A stretch of 33,189 bases of DNA, taken from NCBI GenBank assembly GCA_023345925.1, contig JAJQQN010001155.1:1-33189 (forward strand). The letters are read 5' to 3'. Made by a program: the position numbers and the translations under genes. The stretch is from Vannella sp. (Eukaryota). Each line of letters begins with the position of its first letter. The stretch's first letter is position 1. Shown here piece after piece: positions 1-10,830 of this stretch. The notes under the pieces are model-generated. The model was not told the DNA's origin. It saw nothing but the letters and a program-made list of their open reading frames with translations, and ran no database searches.

Positions 1-285
1 AGGAGAAATAACTCGCCTACGTGGCAAAGGAAGTCCATTAGTCTCCATAAATAACACGTGTCATTATTAATGAGCAAAAAGAAAAAGTCAGAGTGCCAAA
101 GCGAGCTCTTTATGTTTGTGGGTGTCGCGCCATTCCCTTCAGTCAAGGTCCTTCTGTGTGAGAGGTCAGACGTTGATGTTAGAACATAAGCTGTGATTAG
201 GCACATTGAGCTACGCGCACGGGTGGCCCAGGTCCCAAAGAAATAAAGGGCTGTGAAAGGCAAAGCATGTATTGAGAGAAAAGGA

Positions 286-774
286 TTAGCGTTCCTCGCA
301 CCAGGCGTTCTCCTTGCGGATCTGTTCTTCCTCTTCTGGTGTAAAGTCGTTCTTGATGTTGAAGAGCTTGCGGATCTCTTCAGGGGACTTGCCTTTGATC
401 ATGTTGGCAACGGTCTTGCAAGTGAGGTCCAACAAGGTTTTGATATCCAAAAAGTTGGCGGCAAGGATGAGTTCAAAAAGGGTGGATTGGTCAACCTGGC
501 AGAACTCAGCGTCCCAAGGGATGATGTCGTCCGTTCGCTTCTCCTCATGACCTCGGTCCTCTGAGGGGGCAACAGGGTTCTCCAGATGGTATTCACAATA
601 CTGAACGACCTTTTCCAGAATGGTTCCTGAGACGTTTGGAACGGGGATGGTAGTCTCGTCATCCAACTCGTCGATGTCATCAATGAGGTTCTTAATTGTG
701 GTAGACATGCAAGCAACCTCTTTGTCAACGGAGAACACCTTGTCATCCTTGCTTTTAAGTTGTACGTTCGGCAT
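286..774 (-). CDS. SKP1: Skp1 (SCF E3 ligase adaptor), 162 aa, intronless
   Basis: From ATG 774 ([14 protein letters not shown]): Skp1 motifs [72 protein letters not shown] and ENAW. The upstream TTG extension of the ORF track lies in the intergenic spacer. Confidence 0.97.
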   Translation of the reverse strand: MPNVQLKSKDDKVFSVDKEVACMSTTIKNLIDDIDELDDETTIPVPNVSGTILEKVVQYCEYHLENPVAPSEDRGHEEKRTDDIIPWDAEFCQVDQSTLFELILAANFLDIKTLLDLTCKTVANMIKGKSPEEIRKLFNIKNDFTPEEEEQIRKENAWCEER

Positions 775-907
775 AGCTCGAGGGAGGTGGAAGAAGTGGA
801 CCTCTTTTCCCTGTTTATTCCTGTTTGATTCCCCGTTCACAGGATACATCTTAATTTTGGAACAAGCACCAATCATTTGAGTTGGATATTCTATTTGCTT
901 TGGCAAC

Positions 908-2370
908 ATGACCGAAGCTGGTCCCGAACATGTTCAGGAGCTGGAGGAACCAAAGGTGGTGATTGACACCGACGAGAGCAACTCTAGTGGCGATAGTCCT
1001 AAGCCGGTGGACGGTGCAGAAGCGTCTCCTGAGGGTGACACTGCAAAGCCTGCTTCAACCGAGAGCGAGCCTCAGCAAGACACCAATGAAGAGGAGGAGG
1101 AGGGCGAAGAAGGATCGACCAAACCCAAGCGAAGACAAAAGGAAGCTTCTCCTTCCCCACCTCCCCGGAAGAAGGTGCCCACTCGCGCTCCTCCTCCCCC
1201 ACCACCAAAGTCCTACGATGTCCCTGCTGACACATGGTCCACAAAGCCAGTCAGTAACCGGGTATGGGAGGTGGATGAGGAGGAAGTCGTCTACGAGGAG
1301 CAAGACGACCAGCTGGACCTTTCAGGAACAGAGCTCGTCGAACAATACGACCTTCAAGGCGACTTGGGCCGTGGCTTCTTTGCTGTTGTCAAGAGAGCAG
1401 TTCATAAGCAAACCGGAGAGAAGGTGGCAGTAAAGGTGGGTTGGTTCCTCTTCATGTAGGACTTTTTTGACTTCTTGTGGGTCAGATAATCGACCGTACG
1501 CTGCTTCCCCACGGTGAACCAACAAAGTCGGTCTCTGAACTTGATATCCTGTCTCGTTTGGACCATCCCAATGTCCTCAAGGGCCGACAGGCCTTCCAAA
1601 CAGACTCTCATTTGATGGTTGTCTGCGAACTGTCGGTCTCCTCGCCTTTCCTTTCGCCTTTCTGACTTGAACGACAGCGCAGTGGGAGGAGAGCTGGCCA
1701 GAGCATTGGCCAAAAACCCTGATGCTCCCTACACGGAGGCTAATGTCCACCATTACGCCAAGCAGTTGGCAGAAGCTCTGGCCCACATTCACTCGAAGAG
1801 CGTGATTCATGGAGACCTGGCAGTATGTGAAGGAAATGCGAGCCATGGCAGGTTCTGACTCTCTTTCAGCCCGAGAATGTCCTCCTCGCAGGGGTTGAGG
1901 AGGACTCCTTGCTTAAGGTGGCGGGCTTCTCTGGCTCGCTCGTAGCTTCTGGAGGAGAAGAGAACCAGCAACTCATTGGTAACGCAGAGTACCAAGGTCC
2001 AGAGATCATCATGAATCAAGGCTTTACTCAGTCAGCGGACGTATGGTCCTTTGGGTGCTTGTTGTACTTCCTTGTCGCAGGGCGCTCGCCATTTAGCGAT
2101 TCAAACGCAATGCGTATGAACATGAAGATACGCCAGGGTAAGTTCGAGTTTGGCGAGGGTTGGAGCGGTGTTTCCTCTTCCCTTCAAGACTTGATCAGCC
2201 AGCTCCTGCGAACGGACTCTACCACCAGGCTCTCAGCTGCGCAGATCCTTGAGCACTCTTGGATGAAGGTGAGTCTGAGCCAGATATTTGCTCTGTTGGA
2301 AGTCTCACTCTCGCAGGGACCTTGCGGAAGCGCTCCTTTGGCTGCCAGAAAGTTCATGAGTGACGTTTAG
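908..2370 (+). CDS. CAMK-group Ser/Thr kinase-like protein, probable pseudokinase, with acidic/Pro-rich N-terminus; 5 exons (908-1435, 1486-1631, 1678-1822, 1870-2268, 2317-2370)
   Basis: Inferred introns 1436-1485, 1632-1677, 1823-1869 and 2269-2316 (GT..AG) join the kinase subdomains in frame: [58 protein letters not shown]. Confidence 0.88.
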
Positions 2371-2924
2371 CAGCTCTCTGATGCCGAGATCGATCCTCAG
2401 CAGGATTCTCTTCCAATATAATCTGAAGTGCTCCATATTGGGCTTGCATTGCTTCTCAGAGATAGTCGAGAGAAGTCACGGGCGGCGAGAGAGTTCACGG
2501 CCCCACTGAACCGAAAGCGAAGCGGACGCCAGCCAGCCAGTTGAGTGACTTGGCAAACGATTATGCACGACTTAGTCGCCTTGCGAGAGCTCATGGGCGG
2601 GTTGTGACAAGACAAATAAACTTTGTTTCTCATCTTCAAAGGCCTCGTAAACATTAATTAACCCAGGATGTGGAGGAGACCTGAGCAGCAGTGTTGCAGG
2701 ATTGGACTTGTGCTCCACTCTCGCTCGCTATTCGCTCATCCTCTCCTTCCACAACGCAGTTCAACAACACCTCTTCTGTCTTACTAAACTTTCCCACACG
2801 GGAACTCTCTCAGGGCATTTCCCCTTGTTTGGGTCCTCAAGAAGCTGAAAATGTCTTTCCACTAGCTTTCAGTCTGACTGGATCATCTGAACTGATGAGA
2901 CTGAGGCATTTCCCTCTCTTCCCC

Positions 2925-3358
2925 ATGGCGGCGAAGCCCATGTCCGACACCCTTCGAGGGTTGATCGGAGAGTATTGGCCCGTCCTAGAGAAGCAGATCA
3001 ACTTTGCGCTAATGAATGACTCGGCCTCTGAACCATACGCGGGCGGTGGGGATGCTGGTGGAGATGCTGGCGATGACGGTGGGGATAAAGCTTGTGCGTG
3101 CCTCCAAGCTCTCGTACGTTCGCTGACTTGATGACAGTCTGGAAAAGGCCCATTGTGTGGGCTGTGGTAGCTGTAGTACTCCTTCTGCTCGTACTTTTGA
3201 TTGGATTGCTTGTAGTCAAGCAATGCCTGTGCGAGTCCAAGCGGGAACTCAAGTACAAACCAATCGACATCAATAGCACCTATGGATCACGCACGCCAGT
3301 CTCCTCTCAGCAGCGCATTGACATGGAGAACAAGTATGGCCGACTCACCAAAGACTAA
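2925..3358 (+). CDS. Small single-pass membrane protein of unknown function; intron 3094-3137; the 5' end may extend upstream (to 2760 or ATG 2668)
   Basis: A GTGCGT..CTGAC..CAG 44-nt intron joins the Gly/Asp-rich segment (GGDAGGDAGDDGGDKA) to FWKRPIVWAVVAVVLLLLVLLIGLLVV (TM), then a juxtamembrane CLC and a tail ending MENKYGRLTKD. Confidence 0.55.
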
Positions 3359-3919
3359 ACCTCTCTGTGATAGTCCCTCCACTGTCTCTTCCAACGAGGG
3401 AGCCTTCCTGTATTGTCTCATCCATACAAAAGGGGACAGCCCTGAGATGATCTCTACCAAGCAATGGGGGGGAAGCGGAGAGGTTTTCCTTTCGGTGATG
3501 AAATGGAACGCCCTTTTGACTCCGCACTTGTTAAGCTGATCCTTTGAAGCTATCAACGTCAGCACCAAAGACTGCCTTCGTGTTGGGTCACCTCTTGTTG
3601 GGAAGCCAATTATCCTCCCTTAACTGTTGAAGGGGTTTTGATTCGTATTGGGGGTTTTTGGGGACCGTTGGCGCTTGGGCGATCGGGAGTTGGTCTTCGA
3701 TGTTCTAGGTATGTGTATCAGTCATTCTAACTGTTTGCTTGCATCAGATCATGCCAGAACGGCTCACCGAGGTCGCCTTCTCGCAACCATCGAGCGGAGA
3801 CTGACATCTCCCCCCACTGTCTCCTGAAGCGTCTGGTGCTCCTTTTAGGGTTCAGGGTAATAAACAACTTCCAAATGCTCTATAAAGACCACTTATCCGG
3901 GTCGACCCGGACTTATTCG

Positions 3920-6661
3920 ATGGTCTACCGATGGCTTTGGCGCTCTGCCGCTGTTGCAGGGATCGCTGTATTGTTAGTTGCGATTACTTGGCCCAGTGCG
4001 GTTCCATGGGAAGAGGAGAAGCCTCTTGCAGAGAGGGGCAGCGAACAGGAACGGCGCCATTTGCTTCCCCTCTCCGCTTTCCCGCGGAGTTACCAGATCG
4101 TGTTGGAGCCTTCTTGGAAGAACTTCACCTTCCAAGGAACCGTAGTGATCGATATTGACATCCAATATGCCACGCAACGTCTTGAACTGCACGCCTATCA
4201 GCTCCAAGTTGTTCACGCTCACCTGTTTCTCCCTTCCACTCTCTTCCCGCTTGTACTGACACCAGAGAGTCTTGAGATTACAAAAGATAAGCGATTGGTT
4301 CTATCCTTTGCCAAGCCCCTCATCCCAGGAGCCGCCCAGCTGCACATTGTCTACACAGGTGTGATCAACGATCAAATGGCAGGCGTCTACCGCTCCTCCT
4401 TTACAGACTCTCAGTCGTCAGACGAAAACGAGAACCGCTTCCTCATCTCAACGATCATGGAGCCGGTGGATGCCAGGCGAATGTTCCCTTGTTGGGACGA
4501 GCCTGCTCGCAAGGCGACGTTCCAGCTCACACTACGGATTCCCCACCACCTTCAAGCTCTCTCGAACATGCCAGTGGTCCACCAACGGAGCTTGGACCAA
4601 GGAATGCAGGAGATCTCTTTCGGAGAGAGTCCGCTGATGTCATCCTATCTTGTAGCCTTCACAGCTGGGCGATTAGAGTGCCTTGAAGAAGAAAACGCGA
4701 TAGAAAAACGTAGTAGAGTCTCTATCCGAGTTTGCACAACCCCGGGAAGGAGTTCGGAGGGTGCATTCGCACTTCAAATGGCGAGAAGAAGCTTGGATTT
4801 CTTCGAAGACTATTTCCAAGTTGAATACGCTCTTCCTAAGATGGACTTGGTGGCCGTTCCTGACTTTGCACCATCGGCGATGGAGAATTGGGGACTTATC
4901 ACATTCCGGGAAAACACTTTACTCATTGGGGAGGACAGCGGAGTGTCCTCCCGCCAGAGAGTGGCGTACGTTATCGCTCATGAGATAGCCCACCAGTGGT
5001 TTGGTAATTTGGTCACAATGGACTGGTGGAAGGAGCTCTGGCTCAACGAAGGATTCGCCACTTGGATAGGCACTTTGGCGGTGGACAAGATCTTCCCAGA
5101 GTGGTCTACTTGGCTCCAGTTCAATGCAAATTACGTCTCCTCGGCCTTGGATATGGATGCCCTTCGATCCACCCATCCAGTGGAGGTCGAAGTGAGTTCA
5201 GGAGACCAAATAATGGAGATCTTCGACGCTATTTCGTATTTCAAAGGCGCCAGCCTCATTCGCATGGCAGAGAATCTTCTTGGATCCGATTCCTTTCGGG
5301 ATGGAATGCGGGTTTATATCAACCGGCACCAATACGGGAATGCCAATACGGCGAACCTTTGGGCAGCCCTTTCTGAGGTATCAGGTCAACCTATGAACAC
5401 TATAATGCACCACTGGACCTCCGAGTACGGTTATCCCCTCGTACACCTCTCTGTTGATCGAGTCAGTAACCTTCTTCACGTTCAACAGGAGCGCTTCTTC
5501 TCTTCTCCATCTGAAAAAGAGACTTTAGACGAAAAGGAGAAGTTTTGGGCCATTCCCTTGCGAGTGCGCCACGAGAACGGGGAATTTGCCGCATTTTTGA
5601 CCGAGAGAAACCAAACCTTCCCACTCCCTGCGTCTGTGGCGTCTTCGCTGTGGCTCTATCCTAACGCGAAGCAAGCCGGATTTTATCGGGCCATCATCCA
5701 AGATGAGGGCCTCATTCATCAAGTCAGGAACCATCTGGATCGCTTGGAACCTACTGAACGCCTTGGGCTTCAAAACGATTGGTTCTCGTTGGCTTTTGCT
5801 AATCGAATGGAAATGTCTCAGCCTCTTCTCTTACTCCAAACCTATGCAGAAGTGGAAGATCAATATGCAGTGTGGGTTGATCTACTTGCTAATTTGAGTA
5901 AGCTCTTGCAGTTGTGGGAGACAGAACCCCACGCCCACATTCTTCACCGCTATGTTCGAACCGCTCTGGAGACTGCTCTTGATCGCATTGGGTGGGAAAC
6001 TCACCCAGAAGACCCTGATCTTACTCTAACGCTGCGTTCACTTTTAATGAAGAGCGCTGGCGCTCTGGGAAACCCCAGAGTCATCCAAATAGCTCGGAGT
6101 ATGTTCAAGGACCATTTAGAAGGGAACCTGATTCATCCGAATCAACAAGAAATGGTGTTTTCTGTGGTGATGCAGAGCGGAACGGAAACCGATTATGATT
6201 TGGTAGAAGGCCTCTTTGAGAGAACAATAACTCACGAAGGAAAGATTAATTTACTCCGCGCTCTTGCCCAAACGCAAAACCCCGCCCTTTTGGACAGAGT
6301 TCTTGAATTGAGCATTTCTGACAAGGTGAGACCTCAAGATACATTCTACGCGTTTGCCTCCACTTCCAAGACATCCCGTGGCCGCGCATTTGCTTGGGAG
6401 TTCCTCCAGATTCATTGGCACCGATTCGAAGAGTTATTTGGAGACGGCCAGTTCCTTTTCCCGCGAATCGTCAGCTTGGCCACTCAGTTCCACACCCATG
6501 AGAAGGCCAGCGAGGTAGAAGCGTTCTTCATAGAGCACCCCGTCCCTTTTGAATTGACTCTCAACCAGACTCTGGCAGAGATTCGTTCCCGAGCCAGCTG
6601 GCTCCAATTCCAAGGGCCCCCTTTCGCTCATTTTCTCCAAACCACTTTATCAAATACATAA
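3920..6661 (+). CDS. M1 family zinc aminopeptidase (puromycin-sensitive/ERAP/APN-like) with N-terminal signal anchor; intronless
   Basis: EPVDARRMFPCWDEP, SAMENWGL, HEIAHQWFGNLVT..WLNEGFA (HEXXH-X18-E), catalytic Tyr in ISYFKGAS, and an ERAP1-C-like helical tail. Hydrophobic AAVAGIAVLLVAITW follows ATG 3920 (ATG 3875 is an alternative start). Confidence 0.95.
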   Translation: MVYRWLWRSAAVAGIAVLLVAITWPSAVPWEEEKPLAERGSEQERRHLLPLSAFPRSYQIVLEPSWKNFTFQGTVVIDIDIQYATQRLELHAYQLQVVHAHLFLPSTLFPLVLTPESLEITKDKRLVLSFAKPLIPGAAQLHIVYTGVINDQMAGVYRSSFTDSQSSDENENRFLISTIMEPVDARRMFPCWDEPARKATFQLTLRIPHHLQALSNMPVVHQRSLDQGMQEISFGESPLMSSYLVAFTAGRLECLEEENAIEKRSRVSIRVCTTPGRSSEGAFALQMARRSLDFFEDYFQVEYALPKMDLVAVPDFAPSAMENWGLITFRENTLLIGEDSGVSSRQRVAYVIAHEIAHQWFGNLVTMDWWKELWLNEGFATWIGTLAVDKIFPEWSTWLQFNANYVSSALDMDALRSTHPVEVEVSSGDQIMEIFDAISYFKGASLIRMAENLLGSDSFRDGMRVYINRHQYGNANTANLWAALSEVSGQPMNTIMHHWTSEYGYPLVHLSVDRVSNLLHVQQERFFSSPSEKETLDEKEKFWAIPLRVRHENGEFAAFLTERNQTFPLPASVASSLWLYPNAKQAGFYRAIIQDEGLIHQVRNHLDRLEPTERLGLQNDWFSLAFANRMEMSQPLLLLQTYAEVEDQYAVWVDLLANLSKLLQLWETEPHAHILHRYVRTALETALDRIGWETHPEDPDLTLTLRSLLMKSAGALGNPRVIQIARSMFKDHLEGNLIHPNQQEMVFSVVMQSGTETDYDLVEGLFERTITHEGKINLLRALAQTQNPALLDRVLELSISDKVRPQDTFYAFASTSKTSRGRAFAWEFLQIHWHRFEELFGDGQFLFPRIVSLATQFHTHEKASEVEAFFIEHPVPFELTLNQTLAEIRSRASWLQFQGPPFAHFLQTTLSNT

Positions 6662-6821
6662 ACAGGCCCTCCCGAGGGCGGTGAGTGCCAGAGAACCCTG
6701 AAAGAAGGAAGGGGAAGCGGCAGGCGTGCGGGAGTTGAATTCTGTGCCTGGCTCTTCTACTTCCACGTATGTGCTTCAGAACAAAGTACAAAGCCAAGGG
6801 CACAGCTCGAGAGGGAGTGGG

Positions 6822-9338
6822 ATGGAGTTAGAGTCATATTTTCTTCTCCTCGGGGAGATGGCGAGCGGCGCTCTCTCCTTTGCACATAACCTCTTTCGGG
6901 ATACAGGCGAAGTGTTAGCTCTAGTCAGGCGTGTGGCAGGAGGCCAGGGAGCGGAGAAAGGCTCTCTTACTTCGTTTGCAGCGGCGGTGAAGCGCTGCCG
7001 CCAGACCAGCGAGGACTGGGAGCTCTTTGCCTCTCTGGACGACACAGAGATGGGTGTCTCCTTTGGAGAGCTGAACTCCCTCTTCAACCAGTTTGCGTCA
7101 GCCGCTGTCCACTTCGTAAAGGACGCAGGAGGCGATTTGGAACAAGTGGTCGAACTTCACCGGGCGTTCTGCTCTTCCCTGTCCCTGGCCATCGGAGAGG
7201 AGGCCACAACGGAGATCAAAGGCCTCCGACAGGCTCTCAATCGTCCTCCAAACAGCCAAAGCAAGCCTGCAGAGCCTCCCGTCCCCACAAAGACAGGAAA
7301 GCAACTCACCAGCGAAGCGAAGGCGTTGGCCATGCCCGCGCTCGTCCAGCTCAAATCCCTCAGTGAGATCGTCATCCACTCCATCCGTAGCAGGGAGTCA
7401 ACAGCCTCCCACTTTGCTCAAGCAGCAAAGGAGGCTCTCGCAGCCTCCCAATCGCTGGAGCGCTTTGCCGTGGCGGTGAGAGGCTCGTGTGCTGCATACA
7501 CAAGCATGGCTCACCCTCTGACTAGAATGGACTCCCCGCTGAAGCTCGCGCCTTGCACAGAGCCATCGTCCAGTTCGTTAACGAGTCGAAGGTTCGCAAC
7601 GAGGTCTTCTCTCCTTCCTCTGCTGACGCGTGATGGATAGGAGGTCTTCATACGGCCTGTTCCAGCTGGAGCGGAGCAGGATCTTCTGCAAACAAGGCTC
7701 GAACAGCAGCGGGCAACGATTGCCGCGGGAGTGAAAGAGATAATCCTTTGCATGGGCAAGGCAGAGGCTAACGTACAGGCTCCAACTTCCTCTTCTGGTC
7801 TACCTTTGGTCTCTCCACGACAGCGAGCTGCCTCCTCTGCTCTCTCTCCCCGCCAACAGATCGCTGCCCGCACAACTGAAGGCCCCGCCTCTCCGCGCCA
7901 AGCAGGGGCTCCTCCGATCGTCTCGGTGATGATTTCTCCGCGACAGCGAGCCGCATATTCTACCCTCTCTCCTCGCCTACAGGTCTCTCCACTCGCTCGC
8001 CAACCAGCGACCACTGACTTGGTCTCTCCGCGACAGCGAGCAGGCTCTTCTGCCCCCTCTCCTCGTCAACAGATCCCTCCACTCGCTGGAATGCCCATCG
8101 TCTCTCCACGCCAATCAGGGGCCACTTCAACGGTCTCCCCTCGCCGACAGGGAGGACCTCCTCTCGTCTCTCCCCGTCGGGGACGCCCACAAGATGGCGT
8201 ACGATCTCCCAGGGGTTCTTCTAAGCCCCCAGCCTCGTCACAGCAGCAAGAACGTGCTCCCTCTACACTCCCTTCGAGTGACACATCCGAGGGGGACGAA
8301 AAGGCAAAGAAGAGGGCAGTGGAGCGCCGCCATGCATTCGAAGAGATCATGTCTTCCGAAGAGATCTACTTTAAGAACTTACAGTTCGTCTACTGGACTG
8401 TTATCACCCCCCTGGGCGAGGAGGTGAGCAAAGGCAGCGGCGTGGTCACCCAACAGGAGATCCAGGCCATCTTTAGCAACTGGGTGAACCTCATGCAGTT
8501 CAATAAGGAGCTGATTCAGTCTCTCCATCGAAGGAGGACAATCGCCATCGAGGAGAGACTTGTGGGAGACATATTCCTCGAGCTGGTGCCTCTCATGAAG
8601 ATGTACACGCAGTATGTCAACAACTTTGACCACGCCAATAAGGCTGCAGAAGCCTGCCTGGAGCGGGACCGCTTCTACCTTTATGTACAGAACCAACTCA
8701 AAGAGGCGCCGACAGAGGGATTGACATTAATGTCTTATTTGATTATGCCAGTCCAACGACTGCCACGCTACGAAATGCTCCTCCGCGCCCTCCTGAAGCT
8801 GACTGAGGTTTACCACGCGGACTATGATAACTTGGAACGCGCTGTGGCCGCTGTGAAGGCCATTAACGACCACGTCAATCTCAAAAAGAAGGAATCCGAT
8901 AACCGGGAGCTGGTGCTCTCTGCGTCCGAACGAATCCAAGGCTTCCCTGGGCTCATTCAAGCCCATCGCATGTTCGTTCGGGAAGGCCCTTTGGAGTTCT
9001 CCGCCTCCGCCAACCCCAAAAAGACCAAAAAGAGGGAGTTACAGCACTTCTTCCTCTTCAACGACCTGATTCTCCGCACCAAACCCAGCAAGAAGAAGGG
9101 AGGCCAATTCACTTTCCGGGAAGCCTTCCAGCTGACCGAGTATTATCTTCGGGACATCACTTACAGTCCCTTTATGAGCTCCTCCGAACGCTTCTGCTTC
9201 CGATTAGTCAAGCAGACCGACGAGACCGCGGGAGTCAGCTTCTTTGCTTCATCAGCAGAGGAGAAAGCGGAATGGGTCCTTCACGTGGAGGAAGCCATCA
9301 AAATGAGAGACATGGCGGACAGCTCCCGCATCGTCTAA
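6822..9338 (+). CDS. Rho/Rac GEF (DH-PH) with N-terminal helical region and SPR-repeat linker; 3 exons (6822-7475, 7526-7591, 7641-9338)
   Basis: Introns 7476-7525 and 7592-7640 join ORFs 6726 and 7731 in frame. DH motifs EEIMSSEEIY, IFSNW, KMYTQYVNNF, YLIMPVQRLPRYEMLL; PH motifs FVREG, FFLFNDLIL, EEKAEWV. Start is uncertain (6822 or 6858). Confidence 0.88.
7808..8215 (+). repeat. Degenerate coding repeat with 11 SPR tripeptides
   Basis: TCTCC(A/G)CGACAGCGAGC recurs near 7812, 7934 and 8025; the protein shows VSPRQRA..LSPRQQ units. Confidence 0.85.
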
Positions 9339-9395
9339 GTATAATACAAGTCGGAGAGACCCTCCTTCCCCCACACACGAGAACGGTTCGTCACT

Positions 9396-10749
9396 TTAGT
9401 GGAAGTACCGGTCGTGCATGCCACTCAGATTGCCGCTGGCGTAGACCGTGGGACGGGTGGAGAACACCCTTCGCAAGGTCTCTTGCGCTATTAAAGGACT
9501 CACATCCTGCGATTCAAACTCTGTCCGAGGGTGGATGGCGTAGACGGACCCCAAAAAGCCCGAACGGAAGGACATTCGGTGCTCTGATTGGTGGACCAGA
9601 TGGAGACGAGCTCGTCGGATGTTCCGCTCGGTCAAGTGAGCCGAGAGGCGACTGACCACTCGCCGCACCGTATCAGCAATCTCCCGGACGGGACCGCGGC
9701 CGAACCCGCAGAATCCGAACAGACCCGGCTTCTTTCCGAGAGTGAAGCACCGAATCCGCAGCAAATTGGGGTTGTAAGGCTGGTCTGCAATGATCTTAGC
9801 GATGGCAGAGGTGAGGTGGTTGCCAGGAGTGAGAGGGCGAGAGTCAAAGCCTCCCGCTATTTGAGTGACAATGCTACTCAGGAACGAGCCATCTCCTCCA
9901 AAGGCACTGGAGTCATACGCTTCGCTGTATATAGACATTTGGCCGTCCCCCAACTCTGTTCGGCGCCCTCCGACATAGGGGGAGTCTTCTCGGTTGAAAA
10001 CCGACAAGGGATGGGCCTGCAGTGCTCCCAAGGTGCCATCAACTGCAATACACAGTTCTGTGTGAGATCCGGTACCAACAACGACGATGTTCGACCCCAC
10101 AAAGCGATTGAGAGCGTAGCGGGCGAGATCCTCAGGATAGAGATTGCCCACGTTGTACTCCGGGCAGTAGAGTGTTCGTCCCAATCCCAGGCCACCATAA
10201 GCTGTATGGCGGATCATCTCTAAAGCCCACATCTCTGGATTCGCACGGCATTGCTGCATGTCGTGACGGACGAGCTCCCGAACCTGCAACAGCTCCCACT
10301 CATTGAAACTCGGCCGCATTAGCTCCGCAATGAGACTCAGCGTATCCTTCAGAGCCGATGGCCTATGTTGGACCGTATAAGACATGCAGGAAGGCGTCAG
10401 CTCCACATCCAAGTGGGGAATAGTGGCGCCAAGAGTCCGCGTGATCCTCAATGACGACAAGCGAGTAGTAGCCTTCGCTGCACGTTAGTACCAGCCACCA
10501 GTGGAGAGGCAAGTGACCTACCTTGTACAAGAAACGGCGAATAAAGTGGGCGCAGCCGTGCGTACGGTGGTTCTCAAAGGCCGATCCCGCCGCTACGAAC
10601 ACGCCAGCCGTCCGCAGCACGTCGTTGGTGATCCTCGGGTCCGACTCGGAGTAGACAGTGATTCCATTACCCAGTACAGACTGCCGCATGGACAGCCCAC
10701 GACGTTGTACGCCTGAAACGACGGGAAGAGCAGCCCGCCGCGCCAACAT
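9396..10749 (-). CDS. Non-catalytic M16 peptidase-family mitochondrial protein (cytochrome bc1 Core 2 / MPP-alpha-like), about 434 aa; intron 10473-10521
   Basis: Arg-rich presequence MLARRAALPVVSGVQRRGLS; LGNGITVYS, AAGSAFE, GCAHFIRRF (HXXEH lost), AYGGLGLGRTLYCP, YVGG, PTVYASGNL. Confidence 0.85.
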
Positions 10750-10830
10750 CGCAAGAAATGAGCGGATTTCCTCCTATTATGATGCTTTATGACGGAGAGG
10801 GACGTTCTACTGGTCATTTCCTCTTCTTCC

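Noticed and set aside
95..240. Possible structured ncRNA or tRNA-like segment (GCGCGTAGCTCAATG on minus)
   Set aside because: No T-arm GTTC motif or cloverleaf could be built. It is more likely the Skp1 3' UTR; an Rfam search would settle it.
2397..2594. 65-aa minus-strand ORF (MSSRKATKS...)
   Set aside because: No recognisable motif and no convincing spliced model; it cannot be supported.
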